Below are positions 14,481 through 26,747 of a stretch of DNA of 64,000 nucleotides, in pieces. Below the pieces are notes generated by a model that worked only from the letters and a program-made list of their open reading frames with translations, had not been told where the DNA came from and made no database searches. The translations under genes were made by a program, and so were the position numbers. Positions within the stretch are counted from its first letter, which is position 1. The number at the start of each line of letters is the position of its first letter. Source of the stretch: the human T2T-CHM13v2.0 reference genome, Homo sapiens; the NCBI RefSeq assembly GCF_009914755.1, contig NC_060938.1; one strand, given 5' to 3'.

Positions 14481-16593
14481 GTATTCTAACAAATAAGTGC
14501 CTACTCCCAGAAATGTAAAGCAATATACATTTCAGAGTAAATGATAACTATACTATGCTAATGGAGTTGAAAGGTGAAAAAAGTATATGAGCTTCTCAAA
14601 ATAAGTAGGTGTAGCATTCAATAAATTTCAATATTTAACTTATGACAGAAACTCCTAGTTGGTTTTCAGCTCAAAGGGTAATTCGTTAATCATCTTAAGG
14701 GCATCAAGAATGAAATGTCTTAGACATTGCATTATAGAGACTAAATAAAAGAAATGGTGCAAAAAAATAGAAATTGTTCTTATTTATGGTGTTATAAATA
14801 TCTCAGTAAAACATCAGAAAAAAATTAAACTATTAAAATTATTTTTTAAGATTATCAAGTTTTTTAGATTCAAGATCCACATAAGAATCAATAGTATTTC
14901 TATATTTCAATAACAAATAGGATATATAGTAGAAATAACAATGCTGTATTTATAAAAATAACAAAACTTTAAGGTCCCCAGAAATAAAGCTGAAAAAGAA
15001 GATATATAAGAACTTAATGGAGAAAATTACCAACAATTATTGAAAATATAAAAGAAGTTTTGCACAAAGAAGTATCTATGCTATATCCAGGGGATGGAAG
15101 AAGCCAACTTTAAAATACAATTTTTCCCAAATTAATTTATGAACCTAGAAGTAATTTAAAGATAGTTATTTTAATGATTTTGATATATTGATACTAATGT
15201 GCATTTGGAAGAATAGGGGTAATAAATAATACATTTTAAAGGAAATATAGGAGGTGTCAAAGGAGGTAAACGTTTTAAAAAACCATTTTAAAGATAATAT
15301 GGAAAGCCATAGCTTTATCAAAGCATAATATTGGCAGAGGGAAGGGCAAGTAGACCAATAATATTGATAGTAACTCTATATAATGTTTATATATGTGAGA
15401 GGTAACATTACCAATTAGTGGGGAAGAGCTGCTAAGTTCAAATAGAAGTTGTCCCAATCACTGGAAAAAACTAAATCTCTACTTCATACCATAAACAAGA
15501 ATAATTACAGGTTGCACATTGAGAAATATGTTTGAAAGTACAATTTGAAATCATAAAATTTGTCAACAATATTTTTATAACATTGAGATTGGAAAAAAAA
15601 TTCTTCAGGCAAGACTCAAGAAATATAAACCATAAGGAAAAGACAGAGAAATCTGGCTCAATTAAAGTGGAAACAACCGTCCTTCTATTATTGTAGATAG
15701 CATAAAACTTTAAAAATACAATCGAACTCTATGAGAATATATTTGCCGTAGATTTAACAATAAATAATTAGTATTCAGATTTTATAATTAACATCTAAAA
15801 ATAAAAAAAAACTTGAAAATGAACAAAATTTTATGAACTTTCTATTAATTTAATAGAAATTTTTTTAAAATAAAATATACTAATAGATGCTGTTCTTAAT
15901 AATTATAAAATTTAAACCACAAGTAGATAATATTTTACATCTTTGAATTAAAACTTACATACCTTCAAATGTTATTGCAAATGTGAAAAAATGGTACAAT
16001 TCTTACTCCATTCACCAACTGGACCACAATGTGGAAATAGCTAATGCATTTTAAAATGAAAATACTTTTTACAACAAAATTATACTTTTAGGTAGACATG
16101 TCACATAAAAATGCAGAAAAGAAAATATATGTTCCTGTATCATTTGTAATAGTGAGAAGCTGGAAAGTTTTCAAAATATTCATTAACTGAAGAATGAATA
16201 AATATGTATTATATTCATACAAAGAAACACTATAAAGTAAGCTAATGAATTACCATTATACATGAAACTGTAAGTAACTCAAGTTGAGCAAAAAATTTTA
16301 CTTAAAAATCAGCTGCATTATGATTTGTACTATACAATGGCATTCTTACAAAGTTTTACAAATATAAATGTAGAAATACAAATTATCTGATAATATATGA
16401 ACATGCATAGGCTTGATAAACTCCAAATTTACATATGGGTAACCTGTAGGTATTAGAGAGTAATATTCAATAGTCTTATCAAACATCTATAATATTCTGT
16501 GTCATTCAAAAGATAAAGAGATTTTAGCAAAATATTAAAATCTGGTAAAGTTGTACATGGATATATAGATGATCTGTATATTTTTAAATGACC

Positions 16594-17545
16594 TCTTTAT
16601 TTTTGAATAGATATAGATTTCCAAAAAAATTGCAAGATAGTACAGAGAATTCCTGAATGGCTCATACCATTTCATTTATTAATATTATCTTGCATTAGTA
16701 TTGGAGATTTGTCACAATTAATTAACCAATATTGATACATTACTTTTAAATAAAATTGATTTTATTCAGATTTTCTAAGATTTTATCTTAAGTCCTTTTC
16801 CAGAATTGCATCCAGATTACAACATTACATTTAATTTTCAGGCCTCCTGAGGCTCCTCCTAGTTATGCCAGTTCCTTAGACTTTCCTTGTTTTTGATGAT
16901 CTTGAGAGTTTTGAGGTACATTTATAGGAGATTTTGTATAATGTCACTGTATTGAAATTTGTCTGATGTGTACTCATAAGTAGCATGGTTATAGGTTTGG
17001 GAGAGGAAACTCACAGTGGTAAAGTACCATTCTCATTACATTATATCAAGGGTACATGCTATTAAAATGACATCACTGTTGATGTTAACTTGGTCATCTG
17101 GCTAAGCAAGTGTTTGTCAGGTTTCAATATTGTAAAATTATTATTATTATTTTTTTTACCTATTCCAGTAGTCTGCTCTTTGAAATTTACTATATGTAGT
17201 CCACTGTGGAGATATGCCCCACCTCTTTGAGAGCAGAGGATCTACATTAGTTATTTGTAATTCTTTGGCAGGGCATATTTGTTTCTTCTTCCATTTATTT
17301 ATTGGTTCAGTCTTTTATTTGTATGAATATGAATTTATAAATATTTATTTGTTTTACTTTGGGTTATAATGCAGTACTTGTTGGACTGATTTTTTTTCAA
17401 AAGGTTCTAGTTTTGGCCATTGAGAGCTCTTTCACTTTCACTGTGTCCTCTTTACATACCTTCATCATCTTGTGTTTTTGTGTGTGAGAGAGAGACTTTG
17501 TATTTTCTTCCTTGCTAAAGTTCTACAAAATAGTCCAGGTTCATC
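16594..17545 (-). mobile_element. L1MC-type 3' UTR fragment
   Basis: aaaattgcaagatagtacagagaattcc...atttgtcacaattaattaaccaatattgatacatta...agactttccttgtttttgatgatcttga, typical reverse-strand L1MC 3' end. Confidence 0.8.
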
Positions 17546-17549
17546 ACAT

Positions 17550-17843
17550 CATGTGCAAATGAAAACAGATTGATTGTCCTCTCTCACCACTCCTATTTAA
17601 CATTGTGCTGAAAGTCCTTCTTAGTGCTGCAAACAAAGAAAAATAAAGATATTCATGAAAGAAAGAAAGAAAGAGAGAGAGAGGGGGGAGGGAGAGAGGG
17701 AGGGAAAGAAAGAAGAAAGAAAGAAAGAGAAAGGAAGAAAGAAAGAAAGAGAGAGAAAAAAGAAAGAAAGAAAGAAAAAAGAGAGAAAGAAAGAAAGAAA
17801 TAAAGGAGGGAGGGAGGGAAGGAGGGAAAGAAGGAAGGAAGGA

Positions 17844-17903
<60 letters not shown>

Positions 17904-18285
17904 AAAGAAAGAGAAAAGGAAAGATGTTCATACTTACACATGATTTGTCCCATGGACTAAAGTCTATGTTAAACCAAAAAAAAACAAGAAAAAAAAAAGA
18001 AACATTCTCCAAAAATCCTGGAATTAATAGTTATTACAACAAAATTATGTTATGTATAGTTAATATATTAAAAAATTGTTTTCCTTTATATCAACAATAA
18101 ACAAAATATTTTATTTAAAATAGAAAATACCTGACAATAGCAACAAAAAACAAGAAATAAAAAACAAACTACTCAGGTGTAAATCAAACAAAATATGTAT
18201 ATGCAGAAAACACTAAAACTCTGAGAAAAATTAAATAAATAGAATGAGAGATATTCTATGTTCATGGATTGGAAAACTTAGTGTT
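17550..18285 (+). mobile_element. L1M ORF2 (RT region) fragment containing a purine repeat expansion
   Basis: tcctctctcaccactcctatttaacattgtgctgaaagtcct ... ctatgttcatggattggaaaactta. Confidence 0.75.
17657..17924. repeat. Compound (GAAA)n/(GGAA)n/(GA)n polypurine tract
   Basis: 268 nt of purines with a single T at 17801. Confidence 0.98.
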
Positions 18286-18291
18286 TGCCTA

Positions 18292-18650
18292 TATCTTAGT
18301 TTGTTAGGGCTACTCTAAAAAAGTACCTTATACTCTGTGGCTTGCAAGCAATGACAATTTATTTTTTACAGTCAGGAGAATGGGAAGTCCAAGATTAGGT
18401 GCGGCAGATTTGGTTTCTGATGAGGATCTGCTTTCTGGCTCACAGATGGTGGCTTCATGCTGTTTCCTCACAGTGAAAGGGGCAAGGCAGGTCTCTGGAG
18501 TCTCTTCTGTAAGGGCACTAATCTCATGCATGAGGATTCTATTCTCATAACCTCATCACAGCCAAAAAGCCTCACTGTTTACTGTTATTATCTTGTGGAT
18601 TAGAATTTAAACATATACATTTGGGGAGACACAACATTTAGACGACAGCA
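18292..18650 (-). mobile_element. MaLR solo LTR, MLT1A type
   Basis: tcttagtttgttagggct...gggaagtccaagatt...aagggcactaatctcat...ggggagacacaacatttagacgacagca. Confidence 0.85.
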
Positions 18651-19029
18651 ACCCATATGATAAAGAATGACACACCTATGAAACTCAAAAGCAACAGTCA
18701 TTTCAGATCACCCACTGAGCTCACTCAGCACTCAGTTTCTAATTATCTAGATTGAAAGTCCACAAGATGTCCCTGAGTAATTATGGGCATCAGCTTTTGT
18801 TTCATAGACAGCTGAGAATACTTATTTATTTTCAGTTATTAGGATTTCCCAGGTGGGTGTGGTTGTACAATGTATTCTAGAGCATGAGTGTTAGAAAGCA
18901 AAGTAAGACTAATTCTAATGAATATACTTACAGAAGTATTTATTCAGCAGTCTAAAAATTATTACTGAAAAAAATTCACACTTTGAGAAAAACTTGTGTT
19001 TCAAAATGTTTAAATTTTTACAATTTAAT

Positions 19030-19395
19030 AATAAAATAAAAAAACAAAATGAAAATAAGCAGAAAAATGGAACAGACACTTAATAAAATAAAACATATGG
19101 CTGGCCAATAAACTTATTAAAATGTTTTAGCATCATTATCTTCAGGGACATGGATGGTAAGATGTCCCTATTTTGAGCTGACTAGAAAGAGTTAACTTAA
19201 AATATTGAAAATGCCAAATTACCATGAACAACTTCAATTCTCATACTTTCATGGTAGGACTGTAAAATTGTATGATCACTTTAAGAAGATGCTTGGCAGT
19301 TTCGTGTAGAGTTTAACGAGACCTACCCACCCTATGATCTGTAAGCCTTAAAATCTGCTTTCTTATTGTATGTAAGATGTACCTCAATTAAACAA
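19030..19395 (+). mobile_element. L1ME 3' fragment
   Basis: gaacagacactt...atatggctggccaataaac..., ctcatactttcatggtaggactgtaaaattgta, tacctcaattaaa. Confidence 0.6.
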
Positions 19396-20510
19396 AACAT
19401 AGTGGGAGAGGCAAAAGGAAGAAATCTCTCCAAAACATCTGGTCTAATTTTTCTTATAATTTAATTACATTATTTTAAACTCACATTCTTATTAATGAAA
19501 ACATACATGGAATAATGTATGTAAGAAGTTTTTGCTTATTAATGAATACACAGTAAATATTAGCCTTGATTATTTAAAACATTTGATTCAAAAATAAAAA
19601 TTTCTTATAAACCTTCTTAATTCACAAAATTTAAGCCTACATTATGCATATTATACTTAGAAAGCAGTAGTTTGTTAATGAACATGTACAGTATCAATAG
19701 CTTTGAGTCTCCACTTACTTAAAATTCATTTAAAAATAATAGTAATAAATTCCTTGCAGATCTGATTTCTGAGTGAATTGTTTATTCCAGTTCTCCTAAG
19801 TGTGAAGGAAATAATGTTTGTAGAAGCTTTAATTATTTAAGCAGTGCATAGTTTTCAAGCATAGAGATAATACCTTGAGTGCTACAGAGTTGAGTTATAG
19901 AAGGATTTACTTTATTATTGTAGTAAAAATAATCTCATCCATTTATATGTGACTAAACCATTTACTCTAGCTTTTTCTACACAATGTTAAATATTTAAAC
20001 AAAAAGGAAGAAAATAGTTCTAAATATATAATTTCCATATACAAATGTCCCTTTGTCTCTAAATATTTTATGATCTTATAAACTATGAGAAAAATAATTT
20101 TCTATATATTGTTTTACACATTTTCAATAGCATGTATGAAGGGATGGAAGATTAACATCTCACAGGGAGGTCCTGAGAGGATGTGGCTATTTCTCTTCTG
20201 TTTATTCAATACATAATAGTTGAGCAAGTAATGCTGTCAAGGGCTAAACTGTGTGCAGTAAATATAGAGCAGGGCTCTGGAATGTTGATCCTTTAAAAGA
20301 AATCTTGTATACGTAAAACAAGAAAGGAATCCTGTAAAAAAATTAGAGTACCACAATATGGTATCAATAAAGTATAAGATAATGATAGTAAGGTAGGGCA
20401 TAGGAGAGATTGGTTAATTTTAGGGAAAAGGAGTTGGTGAAAGTAAACTCTATGAAAAGGAAGAACAGATAATTTATTTCAAACTAGGAAATGTTATCTA
20501 ACATTGAAAT

Positions 20511-20606
20511 AAAGTGCTGGGTTTACAGGTGTGAGACGCCCAAAGTGCTGGGATATAGGTGTGAGACAACCAGCCGTCACCTCCATCTTTAATCCAACAA
20601 GTCACC
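20511..20606. repeat. Local copy of 21643-21708 (Alu end plus LTR flank) with an internal repeat
   Basis: aaagtgctgggtttacaggtgtgagacgccc + aaagtgctgggatataggtgtgagacaaccagccgtcacctccatctttaatccaacaagtcacc. Confidence 0.9.
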
Positions 20607-21149
20607 ACTATTCATGCTAGGGAATATAGGGATAGAGTCCCTGAAATCGAGACACTTATACACTGATATGATAGATTGTGACTGCCCTGAGGACAAGGAC
20701 TCTTTTCTGCTTCTGTTTTTCCTCTGCAAGTAGCTCTTCAGTGCTGCTGTCATATTTCTAGTTTAAACTACCATTCTATTTTGCCATGATTACTGTAATT
20801 GACAGTAATTGGTCTTCTCCCTTGTTTTCTGCTTCATTTTCTATTGATGCTGTTACAAATTGCCACAAATTTAGTGGTTTAAAACAACAGCCACTTATTA
20901 TCTCATAATTCTGTAGGTCAGAAGTACAGGCCGACTTAACTGGTTTCTTTGCTGAGTCTCAAAGGCAGAAACTAAGGTGTCAGTCAAGCTGTGCTCTTAC
21001 CTGGAGGCTTTGGGGAAGAATCCACTTTAAACCTCATTGAGGTTGTTGGCATAATTAAGTTTGATGTGGCGTAGGAGTGACTGTTAGCTGGAGAAAGCCA
21101 CTCTGAATTTTAGAGACTTACTTGTATTCCCTCTGAAATGGTCCCCTCC

Positions 21150-21327
21150 TTTATTTATTTATTTATTTATTTATTTATTTTTGAGACAGGATCTCACACT
21201 TGTCCAGGCTGGAGTGTAGCGGAATGACCTCAGCTCACTGAAGCCTCTACCTGCTGGGCTCAAGTGATCCTCCTGCCTCAACCTCCCAAAGTGCTGGGAT
21301 TGCAGGCGTGAGCCACCACGTCTGGCC
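21150..21327 (-). mobile_element. Monomer-length AluJ-type copy with (TTTA)n tail
   Basis: Right-arm 3' end joined to left-arm 5' end; TSD gtcccctcc at 21141-21149 and 21328-21336. Confidence 0.9.
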
Positions 21328-21404
21328 GTCCCCTCCATCTTAGCTGGATAAAGGCACTCTCAGTTCTAGAGGCCTATTTGTATTCCTTCCGAATGGTCCC
21401 CTCC

Positions 21405-21677
21405 TTTTTTTTTTTTTTTTTTTGAGACAGGGTCTCACTCTGTTGTCCAGGCTGGAGTGCAGTTGTGCCATTTTCAGCTGGCTGAAGCCTCTACCTACTG
21501 AGCTCAAGTAATCCTCCTGCCCCAGCACGGGCCAACCCACCTGGCAAATTTTTTGTATTTTTGGTGGAGACAGGGTTTCGCCATATTGCCCAGGCTGGTC
21601 TTGAACTCCTGGGCTCAAGTGATCCTCCTGCCTTGGCCTCCCAAAGTGCTGGGTTTATAGGTGTGAGACGCCCAGCT
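21405..21677 (-). mobile_element. AluJ, dimeric, with internal deletion
   Basis: Poly-T, gagacagggtctcactctg, ctcctgggctcaagtgatcc; TSD gtcccctcc/gtcacctcc. Confidence 0.93.
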
Positions 21678-22282
21678 GTCACCTCCATCTTTAATTCAAC
21701 AAGTCACCTAAATCCTTCACTAACTTTGCATCTCTGTGACTGCATTTTTGTGAGGAACCATAGAGAAATGTCTTTTTAAAGGGCTCATGTGAATAAATTA
21801 GTTCCTCCCAGATAGAAACTGTCCCTAATTTAATGAGAATATAGTAGTAAAGTCAATTACAAGTGGAAAATCTATATTGCCATGTAAAAACATAATCATG
21901 GTACTTAATGGCCGGAGGTAGAGGTCATGGAGAACTATCTAGAATTCTGCTTTACCATTTCTCTAATATTCTTTTCTCTCTCCTACACTATTTACTATTT
22001 ACACAGCAGCCAATATTGTAACTTTATAACATGAAACATATACGACTCTCCCACTTTAAATCCATTGGACCAGTTTTCGATTTATTGTCTCTTGACTCTA
22101 AAACCATTATACTTTTTCTCTAATCACTAAAAAAAAAAATAATCTGATAAACTTAGGCTTGTAGCTGGTACACATTGTACACTTTGTCAGATGACAACCT
22201 TCCTAAGTTCAGGTTTGATCATCTGTACAATTTTCTGCCACATGGTCATTTTGTGACATAAATGAGTTTCTCTCTCTCCAAG

Positions 22283-22353
22283 TATACACACACATACTTA
22301 CATATGCATACACACACACATATATATATACACACACACATATACATATATAT
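22283..22353. repeat. (CA)/(TA) compound microsatellite
   Basis: tatacacacacatac...cacacacatatatatacacacacacatatacatatatata. Confidence 0.9.
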
Positions 22354-23799
22354 AAACTACCAAAGGCCATGACTTAATGTACACATTCAATAAAGGTACA
22401 TCCAAATCATCCAATCCTATTCCCCATTTTGTTTGTCTACTTAGACCAGATAATGCTGGCTGCTTATCTTTTTATATTTTGCTCAAATGTCTATGTAGAA
22501 TAACCTGTCTAGATAGCAGGTATGACACTAGGAAACGGCAGATATTCATTGCAGCAAACACACAGGAATCCCTCTCTGAAGCACTGTTCTAAGTTCCATG
22601 AAAAGCACAACGATAACACAAACTGTAGACTGTGTCCTTCAGGAGTTTGGTCTCTGATGGTAGAAAAGCAATTAGAAATGTCACGAAATAGAATTGACAT
22701 CTCTGCTATAAACAGAACTCAGGTCGAGTTTCAGGGATTGGGTATGTCTGTCTCCAAAAGGCGACTTCTCAGATTCGGCCATTTATTTAATTTTGAATTG
22801 TGGTGGAAGAAATTTTCTGAAATGAGATTTATTAGATATGTAATAGAATAAGGAAAGTAGTATGAATATGCCCTACTATTTCCAAAAAGAAAAGTGATAC
22901 ATGAGCTTAAACCACCATTGTAGATAGTCATTGGAAAATGATGATTCTAATTCATTAAATATGTTTTTCATAATTGCTATTTAGTTAACGACTGCAGTTA
23001 AACAAGACGCTATCATAAGATACTCTATGTTAGATGCTTATTTAAAACATATGTTTTAGACTAAGCAATTATAAAACACACTATTCATCACATAAACTTA
23101 AATAAATAGATTCTCAATCATTCACTTTTACATAATTAACAAACATTATTACATTAGTAAGCCTATACTCTAAGGTGAAGTTCATAAAAAGAAGGAACAA
23201 AAATTGTGTTCAGCTTCCCAGCTGTTATTTATATTTCCAGATTTTGGTCATCGAATTCGACATAAAATAGGATAAACTCCCTTGTGATTGACAAATTTGA
23301 GTCGAGTAAAAGAACAAAACTTATTCACAACAGTAGCTCTTAGAAGAGACGCTAAATAGCAACATGTGATCCTGAGACTTAGTCTATAGATATTTACTTC
23401 TCTTGCCCTTTCTGTTCATCTTTAAACTTAAACTTGAGGAATAAAAATGCAATCAAGCTTGGCCCATGCATGTAATTATTTGGAAGGCAAAATTTGATCA
23501 CAATTTCACTTTAGCTTATATCTATCTAAGTGACAAGTAGACTCCTTACCCTCTGCCTATCCCATTTGGCCCTGAACATGATCACCATATTAGTTGCTAC
23601 CTTAAAAAAAAAAGTGGTAATATTACAGTGGTTAAATATTTTGAAGCCTTCAGAGGTTGATTATAATCTGTAGCAAATTTCTCTTGTGATAATGTGTAGT
23701 AATATTGAAAGAGAACCAACCTTCCCTATCTGCTAAGGTCACTATGTACTTCTCTGTGTTTTCCTAGGATCTCAGTGTAGCCCTATATTCACAATGACC

Positions 23800-23960
23800 A
23801 TTACATTATGATTGCATCGTTATGTATTTATACTGCCTACTAAATTATAAGTCCAAGAACCATGTTTTATTTACATATATAATTTCAGCATCTTATAGTG
23901 CATTGTTGGAATTCTAGCAGGTGCTGAATAAATGTTGATTGAATGAATCACTGAATGAAG
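23800..23960 (+). mobile_element. L2 3' end
   Basis: tagcaggtgctgaataaatgttgattgaatgaatcactgaatgaa terminal motif. Confidence 0.7.
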
Positions 23961-25149
23961 CATGTGGTGTTCTGATTTGGAAATTAAATTGCAAATCATT
24001 TAAACTGGTTGTGTCTGACTTTCAGCATCTATTAAAGAAGGTAGTTAAATCAGTAAACTACAGTTCAAAGTATCTAGAGTGAGATAATTTAATCAAGAAC
24101 GTAATTTTATTAATTCTCTGGCCTTAAATTCTCCATGTCTGCATTTTATTTATTCATATATCTAGTGTATTGCATTCTGAGCTTTCTTATATTATGTCAT
24201 ATAATCAAAACATGGTGTCTGGATTTTCAGTATTGGAGATTTTCCTGAAGTAGGATCTTTGGTTCAGAAAAATTAAAATGATCCAGGGTGTTTTGATGAG
24301 GAATGTATTAGGCTGATTGGGAATTTCTGTTGTTTTAATTGAAAGCTTTACAGAGAATTGTTAGGGTTTTTTTCTATGTTGTTTATCAGGGTTGGCAAGT
24401 TTAGAATGGATACAGTAACTTAGGGGAGAATTCCTTCTAGAAATAAAGATTACATTTCACTGGAGAAACCATTGTCTTGCATTCTTGGGAACTTGAAAGT
24501 AACTTGGTGATCACATCACTTTCATGTTTAAACTATTATTATTATTGTAATTATTGATGAGAATACAAGGAATGGCAACATAACATCTTGGTCTATACCA
24601 TTGTACTCTATGACCTAAATAGCTCCTTCACTTTTCTGCTTCCAGATTTACCTCAATTAAATTCATGCTCAATATCGCTATTAGACAAATTTTTGCAGTT
24701 ACTTTCTTAGGAAACCTCAATGGCTTTCTATTAACTAAAAGATTGATTCAAAACTTCTCTGCTGACTTTTAACACCTTCTGTATCTAATCCTGCTCAATC
24801 AACCCAAATGCTGATTTCCCACAAAATGCCAGTACACACCATTTGCTTGAGCAAGCTTAATTATGGTTATCTTGAGTCTTCCCTCAAGCCTTCAATTAAT
24901 CTCTTTAGTTCCTTAAGTATTCTTTTTTTCCTCCCTTCGACATAGTAAACTTTTACCAAGCCCATTTAATTAGCCTGTTCAACTTACAGTCTTCATTTAA
25001 ATAGACTCACGCAGACATACAAGCACATGGAAATTAAAAAGAATGAAAGCCCTAAAGATGTTTTAGTATTTTTTTTCCATTTGGGGTAAATGGAAATCAA
25101 AATTTTAAATAGTTATACGTTGGTATCAATGACTTTATTCCTCATCATA

Positions 25150-25345
25150 ATCATCAGAGCCAACATTTATTTTGCGCTCTCCACATTTCGAGTTCTGATG
25201 CCTTACACATATACTATCTTACTTAATCTTCCCACCTTGTCTATGAGGAAAATAATATTACTATATTTATTTTATAGATAGAAAATATAAGGGTGAGAGA
25301 AGGTTCTTTTCTTGCTCAGGGACACACAGCCAATAAGGAATACAC
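25150..25345 (-). mobile_element. MIR
   Basis: gccaacatttatt...acttaatcttccca...attttatagatagaaaa...cttgctcagggacacacagc. Confidence 0.7.
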
Positions 25346-25853
25346 ATGGCTTCAAATTAAAGAACAGTTGTACTCTACTGCCTAGCTTTATAAAATCAAC
25401 TGTATAGGCACATTTTATTACTGAAAAATAAAACTGAGGTATTCTGAGGACATCCTGGACAGTAAGCTACCCTTGTTGGTATGTGTTGCTAGATGAAGAT
25501 GAAAAAGCATAAAACTGGTAGTTCTCCTCCTCTTTGGGTGGGACACAATGATCATTTTATATTGTTTTATAAAAATGAGTTATTCTGGACTACCTTTTAA
25601 ATTTTTCTAAGTTTATGGTGTTACCATTATTATTGCCCTCTGAATTTTCTCCTGTGGGTTTCATTAGTCTTTTAATGTGACTCAGCTATTAAACCATGAT
25701 TTGTTTTTGGTTAATTCTACTTTCACATGCAATCAAACTTATTATCCCAAGACACATTTCTAAGAAATATGCTTTTGGAAAAAAAAATAGGTTCATGAGA
25801 TTTTGAGATAGATCAGTTTTGAATTCCATTTAAAGGTTTAGTGGAGAGAAGCT

Positions 25854-26083
25854 GCATTTTATGGTGGGAAGAACTCAAGACATGGAATTGATTAATGTGA
25901 ATTTAAATCCTGTATGTATTCTCAGGTCATTTGTGGAAATTTACCTTATCTCTTTGGTTTTTATTTACCTCACTTACAAACTGTAGATAACACTATACCA
26001 TATAAGACTTTCAATTGTTAAAAGAAGTGTGAAATAGCATAAATAAACGTTCAGGCATGTAGTGACAATAAATGATAGCTATT
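25854..26083 (+). mobile_element. MIR
   Basis: aatttaaatcctg...ttacctcacttacaaactgtagataac...ggcatgtagtgacaataaatgatagctatt. Confidence 0.6.
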
Positions 26084-26448
26084 TTGATTAGTATTATTGT
26101 TATTGTTCTTATTAAAATTATTCTTATTTCTAAAATTCCCAGAGGCATCACTTTAACAAGCTGGACTTATTCTGTTTATGTACCTTGTAAACACATCTGC
26201 AGCATGTATTGAAAGGATCCAACGAATGAGCCCCGATACCTTGAAAATGTATAACATTAGTAATTATCATCTGGACCCTGAAACATATTTTTATGGCAAA
26301 ATCAGACTCCCTAAGGGAATGCCATCCCTAATTGTTGATTTGATTAATTTTGCAATTTTTTCAACTGGACCTAATTTAAAAATATATTTCCAATATGGTT
26401 TCATTTGGACAGCTAATCTTTTAACTTATCATGAACACTTATCTCTTT

Positions 26449-26747
26449 TGTTCTTTGTTTTTTTTGGAAACTACCTTGCTCCATTGCCCACGCTGGAGTG
26501 CAGTGATGCTATCATGGCTTATTGCAGCCTTGACCTCCTAGGCTCAAGGGATCCTCCCTCTTAAGCTCCCAGAGTAGCTGGGACTATAGGTGTGTGCCAC
26601 CATACCAGGCTATTTTTTTTTTTATTTTTTGTACAGATGGAGTCTCACTATGTTGTCCAGGTGGGTCTCCAACTTCTGGTCTCAAATGATCCTTCTGCCT
26701 TGGCCTCCCAGTGTTGGAATTACAGGTGTGAGCCACCACACCTGGCC
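26449..26747 (-). mobile_element. AluJ
   Basis: gcagccttgacctcctaggctcaag diagnostic, two arms; TSD acacttat(c/g)tcttt. Confidence 0.95.

Larger units (their letters stand above)
11300..16585 (+). mobile_element. Ancient L1ME-type element (ORF1, ORF2 and 3' remnants) with nested MST LTR, MER75, MER44 and Alu arm
   Basis: Degenerate ORF1-like segment ~11450-13050, endonuclease-start-like segment ~13400-13900, RT/3' segments 14481-16585 (aagaatcaatagtatttctata, ggagaaaattac...aaaatataaaagaag, ctctacttcataccataaacaag). Confidence 0.65.
20830..21958 (-). mobile_element. MaLR LTR, MLT1D/E type, carrying two related Alu copies
   Basis: ctattgatgctgttacaaattgccacaaatttagtggtttaaaacaac...ctggaggctttggggaagaatccact...ttttaaagggctcatgtga...tagaattctgctttacca. 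Confidence 0.8.

Noticed and set aside
17621-18012. ORFs of 101-119 aa rich in FLS or KER
   Set aside because: Translations of the (GAAA)n tract
22522-22851. 109-aa ORF with some CpGs
   Set aside because: Begins in an L2-like remnant; no recognisable protein similarity or convincing splice context
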